From contig JAQIDC010000028.1 of NCBI GenBank assembly GCA_027858235.1, positions 77,184 to 137,242 of the forward strand: a stretch of DNA of 60,059 nt, written 5' to 3'. The number at the start of each line of letters is the position of its first letter. Within the stretch, counting starts at the first letter, position 1. Of the stretch, positions 41,352 to 50,191 are shown piece after piece. The translations under genes were made by a program, and so were the position numbers. The DNA is from Patescibacteria group bacterium (GTDB lineage Bacteria > Patescibacteriota > Patescibacteriia > Patescibacteriales > BM507). The notes under the pieces were generated by a model. That model was not told where the DNA came from. It worked only from the letters and a program-made list of their open reading frames with translations, and ran no database searches.

Positions 41352-43913
41352 CTATTCATAACAATCATTTGTATTTGTATCATAGGTACCAATACCATTA
41401 CAAAGTAAATCTCTATTACAAACAGCTCTGTTTGTTGTCCCCGATAGTAAAATACAATCACTATCATAAGCAGCAATAAAATCTGCTGTTGTTGAGCCAT
41501 TGGAGATTTGAGTATCCCAAAAATTAAGACCTACTAATTCACCACATCTTTTTCCATAGGTTTCATACCAAATGGAAGAAGTTGAAGTAAGTCCACAAGA
41601 CAGGGGCTCAATAAGATTGACAAAAGCCTCATAAATACATTCTCTTCCGATGCAACTAGGAGCTATTGCACAATCAGCATCATCACAGCAAGCCACCTCA
41701 TCTTGATAACTGTTATATGGCAACCAAAATCCAGAACAAACTTCATTCCAATTAAAAGCGTCACAAATAGCCCCTGGTTCAGAACAGGTTGCATCACATT
41801 CTTGATAATAATGACCAGTAGAAGAATTTGTATCATCTACACAAAAAGGGCCATCTTGTACAATCGATTCAGTGCAAAGACCCGGGTTGATATCCAAACA
41901 TGGGTCACCAACACTACATCCACCACTACCAATCAGGCCCTGAAAAGTTCCTGTAGACTGATGATATCCAGAACATTCGGAGAGAGTAAACCCTCTCCTA
42001 TTTACACTCCCTACAACATTTGTAGCCACAAGCAAACAAGAAACTACACTTCCTGTTTGATAGCCAGAAGTAACTACAGGGGTCGTTCCGTTGCAATTGA
42101 CAGGTGCACCACACCATGTGCATGTAAGAGCATCTGATGTATTAACTGTAACATTCACGGTAACAGTTCCCCCTGTATTAATGTTGTTAACAATCCAAGG
42201 ATTTGGACTGACTGATAAACTAACAATAGTCGGCAGAAGAAGAGTTGGGGGAGGAACAAATGCCACGGGAAGTGATCTTAATCTATCCTGGCAAGTTGAT
42301 AAAGGTTGTATCACTGGTTTATGATTTATAACATTTATAATAAGTTGTTCGGAATTACTCACACCATAAGAATCTGTAACTGTTAAATTTCTCACAAAAG
42401 GAGTTGTTCCGTGATTGATAATATTAGAGACTGGATCCGGAACAAGTATACCTGATACCAAAAAATCCCAATAATTTCCACTCGGAGTAAAAGTTGTACT
42501 AAAATTGTTTGGCAAGGGCTGATCAAGAGAATAAGTAAGAGGATAATTTAGGACATCTCCAGAAACTGTAAATCCCCCAGAAAAAGGAAGAGTGCTACTG
42601 GCAACATGATAAAGAGGGAGTGAATTTATAATCGGAGGAAAGTTTTGAACCTGGATAGAAAAAGTCTGAGTAGTAAAAGCACCGGAAGGATCGGTGAGAG
42701 TTATTGAAAAACTATAAGTTCCTACGGCTCCTACCGTTGTAGCTTCTACTAATATTTGATTATTTACAGCTGTGAATGTCAAGGAAGGTGCTCCTGACCA
42801 ATCTGTCCAAGTTGTCATCGAAGTATCAATGCTCCATGTAATAGTATCGTTATTGGGGTCTACTCCTTGAATATAGGCTGTATAGGAATGCCCTATAAAA
42901 GCAGTTGGTATATTAGAGGCTATTACCTGAGGAGGATAATTAACTGTACTGGCTGAGCCTACTATTGGTGTGATTGGAGTAATAGGCGCTAGTGGAGTGA
43001 CAATAGGGACAGCCGCTGTGCCAGCAGCACAAGCCCCACTACCTACTCCAAAAACAAAAACTGATTCCATTTCGGAACAGATATCAAAAGTAGAACCATC
43101 TGGGTTGGCCTGATAAATAAAAGCCCTACTATTTAAAGGTAAATCTAGGTCGGTGTCGACAATAGGATCAGCAAATTCTTTATCATTTTCATTCCAACAA
43201 GTTATATCGTCATAACCAACACAGTCTCCTAATTCATTTATGGGGTCAACGGGAAGCTGAACACCAAGTTCTTTTGAAAGGGTTCCCTGCCAACTAGGCC
43301 AAGTTGAGACAGTTTTATTTGGCAAATATGTTCCAGCTGAAAGAGTCGGATAATGGCCATTATTTTTCATATATTCATCCAATGCTATATTAAACTCAGC
43401 AATATTTGCTAATCTGGTTGTATCTCTAATGGTTTCGGATTTATCCGAAGAACAATATTCTCCAAGAGGACAATCATCATTAGTAACGCAGAGCACTGAA
43501 GAAAAATCAGGAGAACAAAAACCTGTGGCAGTATTTATATTTCTATTAAATTTCCAATTATCCAAAATACGAGCAAAAATGTCTTCTGTATCACTATCAG
43601 CTGATATATTATATGAAATTATATAAATATTTGTAAATAAAGTAGGAACTGCTCCAGCAATATTAGCCGCATTCACATAAACAGTATTACCATTTCGAAT
43701 GGCCTCATACCCATCAACTAGTAAAGATTGGGGAGTCCCGATGAATCCTTGCTCTGTATACCAACGTTGAGAAGAGTAGTGAGTAGGGTTTGGAAGAACC
43801 CTAACAGAAATAGCATCTGATGATTCTTGGGCGAAAGATTGATTTTTAAATACAAAAAAAATACTTAAAATAAAAAGACTAAGAAATAAAAATTTTATTT
43901 TTTTATAATGCAT
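41352..43913 (-). CDS. Secreted 853-aa protein: pseudopilin-like N-region, Ig-like domains, Cys-rich C-terminus
   Basis: Signal peptide. ..IALDEYMKNNGHYPT.. is pilin-like. ..YTAYIQGVDPNNDTITWSID.. is He_PIG-like. The C-terminal third is Cys-rich. Confidence 0.55.
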   Translation of the reverse strand: MHYKKIKFLFLSLFILSIFFVFKNQSFAQESSDAISVRVLPNPTHYSSQRWYTEQGFIGTPQSLLVDGYEAIRNGNTVYVNAANIAGAVPTLFTNIYIISYNISADSDTEDIFARILDNWKFNRNINTATGFCSPDFSSVLCVTNDDCPLGEYCSSDKSETIRDTTRLANIAEFNIALDEYMKNNGHYPTLSAGTYLPNKTVSTWPSWQGTLSKELGVQLPVDPINELGDCVGYDDITCWNENDKEFADPIVDTDLDLPLNSRAFIYQANPDGSTFDICSEMESVFVFGVGSGACAAGTAAVPIVTPLAPITPITPIVGSASTVNYPPQVIASNIPTAFIGHSYTAYIQGVDPNNDTITWSIDTSMTTWTDWSGAPSLTFTAVNNQILVEATTVGAVGTYSFSITLTDPSGAFTTQTFSIQVQNFPPIINSLPLYHVASSTLPFSGGFTVSGDVLNYPLTYSLDQPLPNNFSTTFTPSGNYWDFLVSGILVPDPVSNIINHGTTPFVRNLTVTDSYGVSNSEQLIINVINHKPVIQPLSTCQDRLRSLPVAFVPPPTLLLPTIVSLSVSPNPWIVNNINTGGTVTVNVTVNTSDALTCTWCGAPVNCNGTTPVVTSGYQTGSVVSCLLVATNVVGSVNRRGFTLSECSGYHQSTGTFQGLIGSGGCSVGDPCLDINPGLCTESIVQDGPFCVDDTNSSTGHYYQECDATCSEPGAICDAFNWNEVCSGFWLPYNSYQDEVACCDDADCAIAPSCIGRECIYEAFVNLIEPLSCGLTSTSSIWYETYGKRCGELVGLNFWDTQISNGSTTADFIAAYDSDCILLSGTTNRAVCNRDLLCNGIGTYDTNTNDCYE

Positions 43914-43927
43914 TTTATATAATCAAT

Positions 43928-46900
43928 TTAATAAGTTTCGATAACAAGTTCGTTCTGACAATCAGCCGGGTTGGGACATGCACCAGTAATAACAACATCT
44001 TGAACTGGATGCCCTTCTCTTATCTGGATAATAGTTTCATCGTTATGATAAATTTCAACTTCAGTCGGGAGATTACCGTTAAACCACATTCCATCGTATT
44101 CAGAAGCAACTCCATCCACCAACCAAGAAAATTCATAATTAACACCATTATTCTTCCATATTCTGTCAGAATCAGCTTCATTTGTTCCTCCAATTACTTG
44201 AGTGCCAAAAATACCTCCTACACTTTTATCAAAAGAATTAAAAGGGAAATCGAATTGAGTAATTCCTTCATTGGCATTTATTTCTTGATATCCAACGGGA
44301 TCTGACTCAGAATTATTTGAATAAACAATATAATATTTATGGCTAGTATCAACAACTTCTTTCCAAGAGGTCTCTCCTTCCCCCTGACTCATAATAGTAG
44401 CTATTGGTGGATCATTATTTAAGGCTCCTTCGTATCCAAAAACATAATATTCAACATCAGATTGACTATCCCATGTAAGCTGAATTTCGTTTGTCTCTTC
44501 AAGATATTTAACCTGTGTTATTTCAAGATAGTCAGGGTCAGCACACTCGCCATTCACACAATCAGGAGATACACCCGCTGGTGTTGTCGCTTGGGTTGCA
44601 TCTGGCTCCATCATCTCAACAACAATATCATCAACAACCTCTTGATTATCTGTTGGACCATTTTTTATAATAAATCTATACTTTCTTCCACTACTTAAAT
44701 TTTTTATAACCGTGCTGTGTTTACCATCCGCTTCAATAACTTGTTCACGACAGATAGATCCCGGACTTGTACTACAAAGAGGAATTCTTAGTTCACCTCC
44801 TTGAGCCTCTGCGCTATTTATAAAAGAATAGGAAATTTTCTTTATAAAATATTTAATAATATCTCCAAAAAGATTTATTCTATTTCCTTCTTCTTCAAAC
44901 TCTTCAAAAATACCAGCAATACTTCCCATATCTATATAATAAATATCATCTTGATTGGCTAAACTAGCTGAAATCCACCCAAGAGCAACTTGAGTAGCTC
45001 CTGAAATAACAGTAGCTGAAGTAACAGCCGGAATTACCGAAACCTCATTTGAATAAGCACTTTCGTTCCCAGAAGCGTCAACGGCTGTAACTGCAAAAAA
45101 GTAAATAGTTCCATTTGTTAAATCAGTTATAGAAGCCGCTGTAGCATCTCCAACATTTTGTGAGCTACCATAACAATCTGGTGGCGTAGAGGCAGCACAA
45201 CCAGTTCCTGCTTTCCAATAGAGATTATAAGAAACTGCGTCAACAACTGGGTTCCATTCTATTTCCGCCTCAGCATTACCAATAGCAGCATTTATTACAA
45301 GAGGGGCAACTGGATCTTGAGTATCTTCTGGAACGGCTGTTATTTCATTCGATAAATCACTCTCTGCTCCACTTTCATATACAGCAGTTATAGCAAAATA
45401 ATATGTCTGTCCGTTAATAAGATCTGGGACAATTACGGGAGAAACTAGGGTGTGCGGAACAAAAGGACCAACAGACATGGTGCTTGTATAATTACCACTG
45501 CTTGTACCATAGTGTATCAAAAATTCATCAAGCACTTCCCCCGCATCAGGAACAAAATTACCCCACCAAATATCAATCGATTCTCCAGCTGCTGGGACAG
45601 AAGAAACATCTAGAGCAATAGTAGACAAATCTGGAGTTGCTTCTCTAAAAAAATAATATTCTTTAAATAAATCCTGGTCAGTATCACGGCCACGGATAAT
45701 AGCATCATCTAGTATTGGCGGTAAGTCATCGAAGGTACTTTCTGATCCTTGATCACGACAATAATAAAATTCATAGTTTGTATTAGCGCAGGTTCCTGCT
45801 CCTTCGGGTAAAATATCACAATTGTTATCCTGGTCTTGCCAAGGAGCCCAAAGACCAGCTCCATCAATTGGTGGCCAAGGATTATTGCATAAAAATAAAT
45901 AAATGTTAGCACTTCCCGTGTGAGTCTCTGCTGGAAGAGCTAAAGAGCCAGTAACAGCTGTTGTTGCTTCAGCTTCTGTACTTCCTTCCGTGGCTGTTGA
46001 GTCAGCTCTAATTAATTTTTTATTACTGTTGGCTGGGAACACTCCTGCAAAATCAGCAAGTCCGTAGTTATTTATCACCCACCCCCATGCCCAAGTATAA
46101 AGTCCTGCAACAGGATTTAGACTTTGTCCACTCATAGTCCTTGCTGTCGCTACAAAAAGTTTGTCTGCATCTCTCTCAGTGTCAAAAGTACCACTAACAT
46201 TTAAAATATCTGTGTCTTCTTCCACTAAGCTGTTTTCTGTTGTTTGAAATAAATATGAAGCAGGATCAACATCAATATAGTCTATTGTGCAAAGCCCTTG
46301 ATTTTCTCCTTGATCAGACAAAGTTACGAATGACCAGATATAGGAATTCACATAATCGGTAGAATTGAATGTTTCCAGAGGGTAAGTCGAATTAACTCCC
46401 ATGCTTACACTAAATCTATCTAGAACACCTCTTGGAATATCATCGAGAGTATCTTCGTCACCAAGAATAATTGCATAATGTCTAATATCACCATCCAAAG
46501 CTCTATTAGGCGCAAAAGTTAATACTCCCTGTCCAGCTGTATTGTTATAGCCATCACTCTTTCCTTGAATTGCACAAAAATTATTTGTGGGTGTAACAAA
46601 ATTATATGCACTAGCCTCACCAAATATCAATGAAGTAATTTTTTCTTTTATATTGTTGAATACTTTTGCAAATACATTTTTATTTATATAATTTTCATCT
46701 CCATTTTCTATAGTCAAATAATTAGTTCCATCTGGACAAGAATCATTTCCGTAATCACCAAGCAAAATTATATTACCCCTGAAACTAGAAGTGTCCATTT
46801 CCGTATCAAAATAAGCTTCTAATAAAACATTTCGGCAGACATCGGTACTTCCTGGAGCGGGTTCGTCAGGTGGAGAGGTGCTAACAACCTGAGGTCTTGG

Positions 46901-49900
46901 ACGGCAACAAGTATCATCGCCACAAGCGGCTGTATTTGGATTACCACATTCTAAATCGGTATCACAACCACAATACAATCCCCTGGTAGCACCGCCACAT
47001 GGACTTTTGTCAGGTTGACAAGTTAGAGTATCTCCCTCTGGAGAGATTATTGTTTGAGGGATTGTCGGATCACAACAACAAGTACCACAATCTTCAATTG
47101 GATCAGAAATGAGAGGATCATCTAAACAAGAATACCCAGTCCCACAAGCAAAGCTTGGGTTACAAGTAAAAACAGAAGTCAAACCAATTGTAAGATCTTG
47201 AATACATTGCGCGCCTGGTAGGGTATTCTCTGGTTGACAAGTGCAACTCGTTCCACAGAACAATCCAGGTAAACACATTGATTGATCTGGATCACAAATA
47301 CCAGGTAGTAGTGGGTCATCACAATCAGCTCCAATTCCTCCTCCCGGGGGTGTTAAAACATCAAGGCAAACGCCGCTCAATAATGGATCTCCTGTTGGAG
47401 CTGTAGAATCAATATAACAAAATTTACCAGCAGTTCCTGTGCAATTACAAGCCAAATCACTAGCCGCCTGCTCAGAGGCACTGACAGTTGTATTGTCTGC
47501 ACCATCTTCTACACGACATCCAGTACACAAACCATAGTCAGCCTGAACCGTAGCATCAGCCATGTCACCACAGCCTCCAGCCTCACAAGTAAGTCCAAGA
47601 CAACAATCATTAGCTGCTACCTCACAACAACATTCACAAGTAGCCGGTCCTTCACAAAAACCAGAAACATTACAAGCCGAAGCACTATTGCAAACAGAAC
47701 CGCCTATAGCACACTGACCAAGAGAACAAGAATAACCCGTATCGCATAAGTCACATGTTAGAGGGCCTAAGGTTGGGCTACCGACTGTACACCAACCATT
47801 TGTGTCTTGATATGTTCCTGTCGGACAACTTGCTCCACCGGTCTGAATTTGCCAAGCACCAACTTGTCCACTAGCTGCAGTTACTAAAGCGCAAGTAGCG
47901 TCATATGGAGTGGCATCAAAAGTCATTGATGTTGTCTGAGAACAAGTATCCTGATAGGCACCACCAAATGTTGCCACACATCTATTTAGAGTATTATCAT
48001 ATTCGCAATTACCAAGGCCGCAACCAGCAAGACTTTCACAATAACTATCACTACAAAATCCTGTTAGGGGTGCTGGATCAGTTTGACATTCACCCGGTGA
48101 ATTTGGACAATTATTTCCATCGACCAAACAAGCGTTTCCACTAGACCAACCAGAGCAAGTCAACCCTGTTGTAGTTGCCGTACCAATCACACCCTCAGAT
48201 GTGAAAGTCCAACCATACCCAGTGGTAGTAATAGCTGCGCCATCATTACAGGTTCCTGTATTTCGACAAATTCCATCCCAATAAGTATCGGCCGCACAAC
48301 ATTCTTCTATACCTGTCGTACACTGAAAAAGCGGATCAGTCGGAGCTATGCTAGGATCACAATTTCCAACCATAAAGGGAAAAGGATTTGAAGGTGCTAA
48401 TGTGGTTGCTCTTACTGGACCAGTCTGAGAACCAGCTGGAACAACGGTTTCAATACTTTGATTTGTCCAAGTAAGGATACTTGGGGCATTAATAGTGTCA
48501 TAAAAATCAACAGCACCAATTGTAGTAGTAAAATTATCACCAATTATTTCAACATCAAAACCAATAGGACCATTATGTGGAATCATTTCACAAATACCAG
48601 GACCGGGAGGTGCATTAATTGCGTCAAATGTTTCTGGCAAACTAGAGAACCCTGCATTATTTGTAACTACTACATCATAAAGCCCAAAATTACCATCCGT
48701 TCTAATTTGGGGAGGAACCTTCATTATAATATAATTATTTCGCCACCAAGAATCTTGACATTCTATTGGAAAATCAAGACCATCAGCAACATAGGTTGAG
48801 CCAGTTACCTGGTGAGTAAATAACACTTGAGCTGGTGCCAAATAAGAATTTCCAAAATTATTCCCAAAAATTGTCGAATATTGTCCAGGAGGAGCCGGAT
48901 TAGGATTAATATGGTCAATGATAGGAGTATTATTTAAATCAATATAAACGTTAAAACTAAGAGCATTAGAATAAGCTCCATCGGCAGTCACAAAAACAGT
49001 ATTATTCCCTCCTCTAATATTTGGGACATCTGCATCCACAGAAGTATTTGTCCAGTTAATAATATTTGTAGCAGAAGTCGAACCAATCATGCTTCCAAAA
49101 GAAACTTCCTGAATAGTTCCGGTAAATGAAACTCCTTGTAGATTAAAAGTGTCTTCGTAATAACCAAAAGCAGGGTTAACCAAACAAAGACCTGGTCTAT
49201 TTGTTGCGTTTATTAAAAAATCATCAATAGCAGGACCTCTAGTATTGTTTGTAACATCTTCTTCTAAATCAATTTGCCTTACTATTCGAACGGGTCCATC
49301 TTGAGCACCAGCTGGTACCACTACAATAATCTGCCAATCGTTCCAGCTGTCAGTACAATTAGTATTTACTGAATTTGGGAATTGAGCAAGAATTGTTGGA
49401 TTCCCTGTAGCATCTGAAAAATATACTTGACCAGTAGTGGTTCCAAAGAATCTTCCACCAAGAGTTACGAAATCGCCAATTGCTCCATTTGGTGTTCCAA
49501 GTTCATCAACTGGACTAATCCAATCTATAATAGGAGCTCCCCCACAAAGACATGTGGTTCCATCGCAAGACAAGGCAGACATACACATGGTATCGTCAGG
49601 ATCACAAACCGGAGTTAAAGTATCAAGATCACATGGATCACCAAAACCACCTAAGAGCTGACAAGTACAACTTGCCGGTTCACAATATTCTGTTGCAGTT
49701 ACACAGAAAGAATTGTCTGGGTCACAGACTGGAGTCAAGGTATTCCCATCACATGAAAGTCCACTTGGTCCTGGTCCTGGAGGTAATGGACCTCCACCAC
49801 CACCACCTCCTCCACCTGCCCCACCAGTCGTTGTCCCTAAAAGTCTAGACAATATAAAGCTAGCGATAGCAAAAGCTGAAAGGATAATTAAAAGTCCTAT

Positions 49901-50191
49901 CACAGCTGAAATCAAAATCTTTTTAGCCTTGTCTATTTTACTAGGATCACCAGAACTCATCGTCCAAAGAAATCCAGCATAAAGAATTAAAACTAAAGCA
50001 ATAACACCTAAAAAGCCAAGAAAAACTCGAATAACATTAGCGGCTATAATCCTCGGGTCTGTGTCTCCAAGACCAATACCGGATGCTTGATTAATTCCTG
50101 TATCAATTTGGGCCAAAACAGTATTTCCTATGACAAAAGCAAAGGAGAAAATAATCAAAAATACAGCAATTTTTTTAAAACTTTTTAACAT
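43928..50191 (-). CDS. Giant (2087-aa) surface protein: TrbC/VirB2-like pilin N-module, poly-Gly/Pro linker, Cys-knot repeats, IPT/TIG, SbsA-Ig and Fn3-like domains
   Basis: Uninterrupted 6.26-kb ORF. The N-terminus has a signal peptide plus two TM helices, paralogous to the neighbouring 612-aa protein. GGAGGGGGGGGGPLPPGPGP linker. Repeated ..LTPVCDPD..C.. modules. Confidence 0.75.
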   Translation of the reverse strand: MLKSFKKIAVFLIIFSFAFVIGNTVLAQIDTGINQASGIGLGDTDPRIIAANVIRVFLGFLGVIALVLILYAGFLWTMSSGDPSKIDKAKKILISAVIGLLIILSAFAIASFILSRLLGTTTGGAGGGGGGGGGPLPPGPGPSGLSCDGNTLTPVCDPDNSFCVTATEYCEPASCTCQLLGGFGDPCDLDTLTPVCDPDDTMCMSALSCDGTTCLCGGAPIIDWISPVDELGTPNGAIGDFVTLGGRFFGTTTGQVYFSDATGNPTILAQFPNSVNTNCTDSWNDWQIIVVVPAGAQDGPVRIVRQIDLEEDVTNNTRGPAIDDFLINATNRPGLCLVNPAFGYYEDTFNLQGVSFTGTIQEVSFGSMIGSTSATNIINWTNTSVDADVPNIRGGNNTVFVTADGAYSNALSFNVYIDLNNTPIIDHINPNPAPPGQYSTIFGNNFGNSYLAPAQVLFTHQVTGSTYVADGLDFPIECQDSWWRNNYIIMKVPPQIRTDGNFGLYDVVVTNNAGFSSLPETFDAINAPPGPGICEMIPHNGPIGFDVEIIGDNFTTTIGAVDFYDTINAPSILTWTNQSIETVVPAGSQTGPVRATTLAPSNPFPFMVGNCDPSIAPTDPLFQCTTGIEECCAADTYWDGICRNTGTCNDGAAITTTGYGWTFTSEGVIGTATTTGLTCSGWSSGNACLVDGNNCPNSPGECQTDPAPLTGFCSDSYCESLAGCGLGNCEYDNTLNRCVATFGGAYQDTCSQTTSMTFDATPYDATCALVTAASGQVGAWQIQTGGASCPTGTYQDTNGWCTVGSPTLGPLTCDLCDTGYSCSLGQCAIGGSVCNSASACNVSGFCEGPATCECCCEVAANDCCLGLTCEAGGCGDMADATVQADYGLCTGCRVEDGADNTTVSASEQAASDLACNCTGTAGKFCYIDSTAPTGDPLLSGVCLDVLTPPGGGIGADCDDPLLPGICDPDQSMCLPGLFCGTSCTCQPENTLPGAQCIQDLTIGLTSVFTCNPSFACGTGYSCLDDPLISDPIEDCGTCCCDPTIPQTIISPEGDTLTCQPDKSPCGGATRGLYCGCDTDLECGNPNTAACGDDTCCRPRPQVVSTSPPDEPAPGSTDVCRNVLLEAYFDTEMDTSSFRGNIILLGDYGNDSCPDGTNYLTIENGDENYINKNVFAKVFNNIKEKITSLIFGEASAYNFVTPTNNFCAIQGKSDGYNNTAGQGVLTFAPNRALDGDIRHYAIILGDEDTLDDIPRGVLDRFSVSMGVNSTYPLETFNSTDYVNSYIWSFVTLSDQGENQGLCTIDYIDVDPASYLFQTTENSLVEEDTDILNVSGTFDTERDADKLFVATARTMSGQSLNPVAGLYTWAWGWVINNYGLADFAGVFPANSNKKLIRADSTATEGSTEAEATTAVTGSLALPAETHTGSANIYLFLCNNPWPPIDGAGLWAPWQDQDNNCDILPEGAGTCANTNYEFYYCRDQGSESTFDDLPPILDDAIIRGRDTDQDLFKEYYFFREATPDLSTIALDVSSVPAAGESIDIWWGNFVPDAGEVLDEFLIHYGTSSGNYTSTMSVGPFVPHTLVSPVIVPDLINGQTYYFAITAVYESGAESDLSNEITAVPEDTQDPVAPLVINAAIGNAEAEIEWNPVVDAVSYNLYWKAGTGCAASTPPDCYGSSQNVGDATAASITDLTNGTIYFFAVTAVDASGNESAYSNEVSVIPAVTSATVISGATQVALGWISASLANQDDIYYIDMGSIAGIFEEFEEEGNRINLFGDIIKYFIKKISYSFINSAEAQGGELRIPLCSTSPGSICREQVIEADGKHSTVIKNLSSGRKYRFIIKNGPTDNQEVVDDIVVEMMEPDATQATTPAGVSPDCVNGECADPDYLEITQVKYLEETNEIQLTWDSQSDVEYYVFGYEGALNNDPPIATIMSQGEGETSWKEVVDTSHKYYIVYSNNSESDPVGYQEINANEGITQFDFPFNSFDKSVGGIFGTQVIGGTNEADSDRIWKNNGVNYEFSWLVDGVASEYDGMWFNGNLPTEVEIYHNDETIIQIREGHPVQDVVITGACPNPADCQNELVIETY

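Noticed and set aside
44000-49982. Numerous 60-110-aa ORFs on the plus strand, or in other frames, inside the 2087-aa gene (for example 48458-48799, 49552-49848, 49713-49982)
   Set aside because: All are nested in a continuous 6.26-kb ORF with recognisable domains. Their translations are low-complexity (H/P/L runs mirroring the Gly/Pro linker).
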